A stretch of 29,776 nt of DNA from positions 1 to 29,776 of the IMG/VR virus record IMGVR_UViG_3300035526_000041; one strand, written 5' to 3'. Below, piece by piece: positions 25,910 to 29,776 of this stretch. The notes beneath the pieces were generated by a model. The model worked only from the letters and a program-made list of their open reading frames with translations, had not been told where the DNA came from and searched no databases. The first letter of the stretch is position 1, and the number at the start of each line of letters is the position of its first letter. The translations under genes and the position numbers were made by a program. This DNA comes from a virus (lineage: Duplodnaviria > Caudoviricetes).

Positions 25910-26076
25910 CAAACTATTCAAAAGCTGAAAACGGCAGATTAAACCTTGTGGCAGTAAACTTCAACAAAAAAACAATGCGATACGGCGGAGTTATCAAACC
26001 ATCCTTACTAGCTCAGATTGCAGAGCCTGAACACGAAAAGAGAAACCGGCTGATAAAAGACATGATTGGTGAATGA
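25906..26076 (+). CDS. Small hypothetical protein (56 aa), not in ORF track
   Basis: MTNYSKAENGRLNLVAVNF...DMIGE; GGGTGA SD; ATGA overlap. Confidence 0.7.
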   Translation: MTNYSKAENGRLNLVAVNFNKKTMRYGGVIKPSLLAQIAEPEHEKRNRLIKDMIGE

Positions 26077-26078
26077 GA

Positions 26079-26888
26079 ATGGCAGAACTAACAGAAAAAG
26101 ACAAAAAACTATTAAATTGCCTTTTCCAAGCATTACTAAACAAAGGAAAAGCAAAATCCATAATCGAAGTTAAAAAAGCAGTCGATGAAGTTGTAACAAG
26201 CATGAACGGACTTATGCAGTTTGACGGTGCAATGTTTGAACATGCAAGAAATAACGGTGTTGAAAAGGAATTCCAGGACAAAATCATGGAAGAAGAAATT
26301 AACTTGAAAAATGAAGAAAAAGACGAAATCAAAGAAAATCAATCAAAACCAATTGAAAACGAGAAAAAACCGGTGAAAAAAATGGAAAATCAAAACGAAG
26401 AAACCCAAAACACACAAAACAATACAATCGACTGGAGAAACTTACCGAAAACCGAAGAAGAACAAAAACCAAAAAAACAAAGAATCTTAATCGAAGGGGA
26501 TGCCGTTGTTGAAAAAGTTGATTTAATTTTCAATGACAAAATAGAAACAACCGAAAAAGGTGCAAAGTTCCAAAGATGCCCAATTGTTATAACATTTAAA
26601 AGCGATGCAGGAGATGAAGTGGTTGAATATTACGGCGGTTGTAGAAGATGGGTAAATGATGACGGTACTTACTCAGCACCCCAATTCCAAAAAGGTGGTA
26701 ATTCAGCAGTTGCAAAAATCTTCAACAGGTTCTGTAAAAAAATCAATGTTGCAGAAGAACAAGCACAGTTATTCCACTTAATGCAATTCCTTTCAGAAAA
26801 ACCAAAATGTATGGTGTTTACTGAGGATGTGCTTAACCCTTCAACCAAAACAACAATTCCAAAAAATGCAATCATGAAATTTATTTAA
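26079..26888 (+). CDS. Two-domain hypothetical protein; C-terminal beta-rich domain possibly OB-fold/ssDNA-binding
   Basis: GGTGA SD; helical N-domain, acidic linker, beta-rich C-domain; function inferred only from context. Confidence 0.8.
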   Translation: MAELTEKDKKLLNCLFQALLNKGKAKSIIEVKKAVDEVVTSMNGLMQFDGAMFEHARNNGVEKEFQDKIMEEEINLKNEEKDEIKENQSKPIENEKKPVKKMENQNEETQNTQNNTIDWRNLPKTEEEQKPKKQRILIEGDAVVEKVDLIFNDKIETTEKGAKFQRCPIVITFKSDAGDEVVEYYGGCRRWVNDDGTYSAPQFQKGGNSAVAKIFNRFCKKINVAEEQAQLFHLMQFLSEKPKCMVFTEDVLNPSTKTTIPKNAIMKFI

Positions 26889-26916
26889 TTCTTTAACTTT
26901 TTAAAACGGTGAAACA

Positions 26917-27321
26917 ATGGATTTTCCTTCAACTTCTGAACGTTTAGAAATGGAATCAGACCAACTTTTAGAGAAGCATTATGATGATGAGATTAAAGAA
27001 AAACTTGGTAGAATCAAATCATTAGAAGAAGCAAAAGCAACAATTGAAAAAGAAATTGAATTATACCGAACTGATATTTTAGAAATTATGAAAGATATGG
27101 GTTACAAATCAAAAGACTTCGACCTTGCAAAAGTAACCCTTTCAGACGATGTAAAATACAATGCACTGTGGACTGTTGAGAAAATCGAAAACGAAGTGGG
27201 CGAGGACTACATAAAAAGAACTATCGACCGTTCAAAATTGCAGAAAGAAATCCCAAGCGTCCACGATAAAGCATTTGAAAAAGAAATCAAAGGAACCAAA
27301 TTAATGATAAAAATGAAATAA
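26917..27321 (+). CDS. Coiled-coil protein, Gam/Gp157-like architecture
   Basis: N-terminal coiled coil followed by ILEIM...KVTL...IDRSKLQKE; GGTGA SD. Confidence 0.75.
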   Translation: MDFPSTSERLEMESDQLLEKHYDDEIKEKLGRIKSLEEAKATIEKEIELYRTDILEIMKDMGYKSKDFDLAKVTLSDDVKYNALWTVEKIENEVGEDYIKRTIDRSKLQKEIPSVHDKAFEKEIKGTKLMIKMK

Positions 27322-27325
27322 CCCC

Positions 27326-27845
27326 TCCCTTTCCAATTTTGCAAACCGTGTCAGCTCTTTCATTTTATACCCCCTCATACCCCTTTACTAAAAAGGGAGC
27401 TGGCACGGGCAAAATAATAAGGGACTCATAGCATACCTCCAATATATTATGCCAAAATACCAAATATCATACCAAAAACCACCCCATTTGATTGATATAA
27501 CTTAAATATACCTATCTTTTAAATTTTTGGGGATTTCAACCGTTCAGAAATTATCCGAGCAATCTAATTTGCAGGAAAGATTTCGTTGGAAGGAATCCAA
27601 ACATATTGAAATATCGAAAATAGCTGGAAAACTAGAAAAATATTAATCAATAAAATTCTACAAAAACACACCGAATAAAAAATAAAATGTTCAATAAAGT
27701 AAGCATTTAGCCGGCAGGATTACCCCGATTATCCATTTATGCCGGCTAATTTAATATATGTACCCCTGAAAAAGCAAAACTTTAAAAAAGACTCTTAAAA
27801 GTTATTTTTTTTACCGCGACCGACTGCGAAAATGTCGGCAGGGGT
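27326..27845 (+). ncRNA. Candidate structured non-coding RNA or leader region
   Basis: ~580-bp gap without a convincing gene, containing several GC-rich inverted repeats (27326-27424, 27707-27749, 27762-27845). Confidence 0.45.
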
Positions 27846-27905
27846 TCTTATTCGTTAAAACTTATCTTGAATTGAATTAAACAAAACTTGAAACGAGGGA
27901 AAGCA

Positions 27906-28421
27906 ATGGTAAAAGTTGAAATCGAACTTGAAAAACTTAATGAATACATTGAAAAAGCTGAAAAATACGAAGAAACTGCAAGACAAAGCCAACAATATAG
28001 GAATTGGTGGCAAGGTGCAGAAGCAATACTTGAAACGAAAAAAAGAGAAATCAAAGAAAAAAACCAAGAAAATGAAAATTTAGAAAAAAGACTGAAAGAA
28101 ACTCAGGAATTACACGTAAATACTCGTGAGGAATTACAAGAGATAATACGTGAACAAATCAAAGAAATCGAAACCTTAAAAAAACAGCTCGAAGAAAAAG
28201 AAAACAAGCCAGATAAATACCCTTATCCGTCACCAATTCCAGAAAAAACAGAAAAAGATATTTGTCCTGATTCTGAAACAATAATCAATCCAATTATATC
28301 CTGTGGGGGTTCAACCTTACATTTTTTAACTGAAAAAGAAATTGAAGAAATTTGGAAAAAATGCAAACAGCCAAATGCAGTTGATGACTTTGGAAATATT
28401 TTAATTTTATCTATTCAATAA
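27906..28421 (+). CDS. Coiled-coil hypothetical protein
   Basis: GAGG SD before ATG 27906; long E/K heptad region. Confidence 0.8.
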   Translation: MVKVEIELEKLNEYIEKAEKYEETARQSQQYRNWWQGAEAILETKKREIKEKNQENENLEKRLKETQELHVNTREELQEIIREQIKEIETLKKQLEEKENKPDKYPYPSPIPEKTEKDICPDSETIINPIISCGGSTLHFLTEKEIEEIWKKCKQPNAVDDFGNILILSIQ

Positions 28422-28457
28422 ATACTTTTTTAACTTTTGAAAATCATAAAATTCTAT

Positions 28458-29060
28458 ATGCAAATTTCAAAAACACAGATGGAAGAAAACAGAATTAAAT
28501 TCTATGAATTAGTTAATACTTTCTACGATAATCCTAAAACAGTCTTAAATTACCTTGAAAATAAAGATGCTTTCACCCAGCCGGCTTCTACTCGGACACA
28601 CTTGGCGGTGCGTGGCGGTTGGTGTCAGCACTGTCTTAACGTGTTCAAAATATTAACCGAACTAAACAAGCATTTTAAGCTATTTTCAGAAAAGGAGGTA
28701 TGCAGAATTGCAACAGGACACGACTTTTGCAAGCCAGGAATATATTTCAAAAATCCAAAATACAATGAAACTTACAACCCAAATGATGAACCGCCATATA
28801 TTCTTAAGGATCCTTTCCCAATGGGGCACGGTGAGAAGTCAATGCTGATAATGCAACGATTGGAGCCAACAATCAGCGAATTAGAATTACTTTGCATTCG
28901 CTGGCACTGGTACGTCTATGACCCAAGCTATTCAAAATATAGCTATCAATTAACAGATTTCGATCAAGAAATATCATTAACTTATTACGCTGACAACATG
29001 GCCGCAAAGTTCCTTGAAGGATACGAAGGCCCAAAATTCCCAGAGGAGTGGTGGAAATGA
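28458..29060 (+). CDS. HD-domain metal-dependent phosphohydrolase (start uncertain)
   Basis: PASTRTH....GG..QH.LNV, HDFCK, GHGEKS, IRWH, YYAD. Confidence 0.9.
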   Translation: MQISKTQMEENRIKFYELVNTFYDNPKTVLNYLENKDAFTQPASTRTHLAVRGGWCQHCLNVFKILTELNKHFKLFSEKEVCRIATGHDFCKPGIYFKNPKYNETYNPNDEPPYILKDPFPMGHGEKSMLIMQRLEPTISELELLCIRWHWYVYDPSYSKYSYQLTDFDQEISLTYYADNMAAKFLEGYEGPKFPEEWWK

Positions 29061-29287
29061 ACAAAAAATTAAATTATATGCCTGATGATAGGATAAAAAA
29101 TATACCCGATATTGACTGGGATGCACTATATGAACATATAAATGAAATGGAAAAAGATAAATCTTGGATGGTTTGGTATAGTGCAACTGGAAGGGCATAT
29201 TATCTTAACAAAGAAGGAAATAGAATATGGTTAGAGCCTCCAAGAAATTGGGACTTATCTGCTAAATCAGATGATGTGAAACAATGA
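29057..29287 (+). CDS. Hypothetical protein
   Basis: ATGA overlaps at both ends; aromatic WMVWYSATGRAYYLN segment. Confidence 0.75.
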   Translation: MNKKLNYMPDDRIKNIPDIDWDALYEHINEMEKDKSWMVWYSATGRAYYLNKEGNRIWLEPPRNWDLSAKSDDVKQ

Positions 29288-29505
29288 CTCTCGAACAATT
29301 CAAAGAAAGCATAGAAGAAAACAGTTCAGAACAAAACCTTGCCCTGAAAGAATATTTAAAGGGCGAAGTAAAAATATTAAATCAGAAAATTGAAAGCATA
29401 AGAGCCATTGAATTCCGACGAGATAAAGAGAATACAAAGAAAAAAGAACGCCAATTATTACAACAATTGCAGAATAACGAACAGAAAAAGGAAGGTGAAG
29501 AATAA
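29284..29505 (+). CDS. Coiled-coil hypothetical protein
   Basis: ATGA overlap; E/K/Q-rich. Confidence 0.75.
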   Translation: MTLEQFKESIEENSSEQNLALKEYLKGEVKILNQKIESIRAIEFRRDKENTKKKERQLLQQLQNNEQKKEGEE

Positions 29506-29774
29506 TGAAACATAAATCCTTTCATGAAAAAGAACTGAGAGAATACAAAATAAGGCGTTTAGATGGCGTTAAATTTGAAAATCAATGGTACGTTAAATGT
29601 AACAAATGTGGAAAAGAATTTGTTGAAATCTGCACTTATTTTCCAAAAGGTTAGAATGAAAACTTAAAAAAGTATGTTACTGATGAATTGGGGTTAAAGC
29701 ATACTTTCCATAACTGTATATGGGCATTGATACACTTTTTTGAAAAATTTTATAAAAAAAAGGATGATAATTAA
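29505..29774 (+). pseudogene. CxxC protein interrupted by in-frame TAG (49 aa to 29654; 89 codons if read through)
   Basis: AGGTGA SD, TAATG overlap; frame continues 39 codons after TAG and ends next to the convergent gene's stop. Confidence 0.55.
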
Positions 29775-29776
29775 TT
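29650..29776 (+). repeat. Terminal direct repeat, copy 2
   Basis: Identical to 1-127. Confidence 0.97.

Larger units (their letters stand above)
1..29649. mobile_element. Complete genome of an archaeal tailed dsDNA virus (Caudoviricetes, siphovirus-like), probable Methanococcales host
   Basis: TerL, portal, protease, capsid and full non-contractile tail module; archaeal MCM; GGTGA-type SD motifs; identical 127-bp ends; no host housekeeping genes. Confidence 0.92.

Noticed and set aside
27300-27440. Two SD-preceded minus-strand micro-ORFs (13 and 20 codons) within the large hairpin
   Set aside because: Too short; the G-rich SD-like motifs are simply complements of the C-rich loops; G-U pairing favours the plus strand
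27500-27850. tRNA gene
   Set aside because: No T-loop (GTTCRA) or cloverleaf spacing found
1-29649. Genome-wide stop-codon reassignment
   Set aside because: All large genes are intact under the standard code; only isolated small genes show in-frame stops
29650-29776. Biological terminal repeat of the virion DNA
   Set aside because: Length equals a standard assembler k-mer and it falls inside a reading frame; treated as circular overlap

Overview
Apparently complete, circularly assembled genome of an archaeal head-tail (siphovirus-like) virus: 29,649 bp plus a 127-bp terminal duplication. The host is most likely a Methanococcales methanogen, based on the Methanococcales-type MCM helicase, GGTGA/GAGTGA ribosome-binding sites, archaeal TATA boxes and AT-rich DNA. 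Layout: (i) small early genes around a divergent promoter (0.1-2.7 kb); (ii) a minus-strand head-tail operon (protease/scaffold, decoration protein, capsid, adaptor, terminator, tail tube, chaperone, tape measure, adhesin-fused Dit, RBP, Gp37-like hub); (iii) a divergently transcribed plus-strand packaging block (HTH regulator, membrane protein, tail-completion protein, TerL, portal-MuF fusion, probable TerS); (iv) a repeat-containing putative origin followed by MCM, a DEDDh exonuclease, Zn-finger/wHTH microproteins, a structured non-coding region and an HD hydrolase. I recognise no integrase or lysin. Most notable is a herpesvirus-like maturation logic: an assemblin-type protease with a nested scaffold start and repeated EI(L/F)A-S motifs, one copy of which also lies between the portal and MuF parts of the portal fusion. 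Also notable are a +1 frameshift candidate in the tail chaperone, a -1 frameshift candidate coupled to a hairpin over the protease RBS, two genes with in-frame stops, and a Firmicutes-phage-like tail tip carrying an apparently permuted DUF2341 adhesin. All family assignments come from motif recognition by eye, not database searches.
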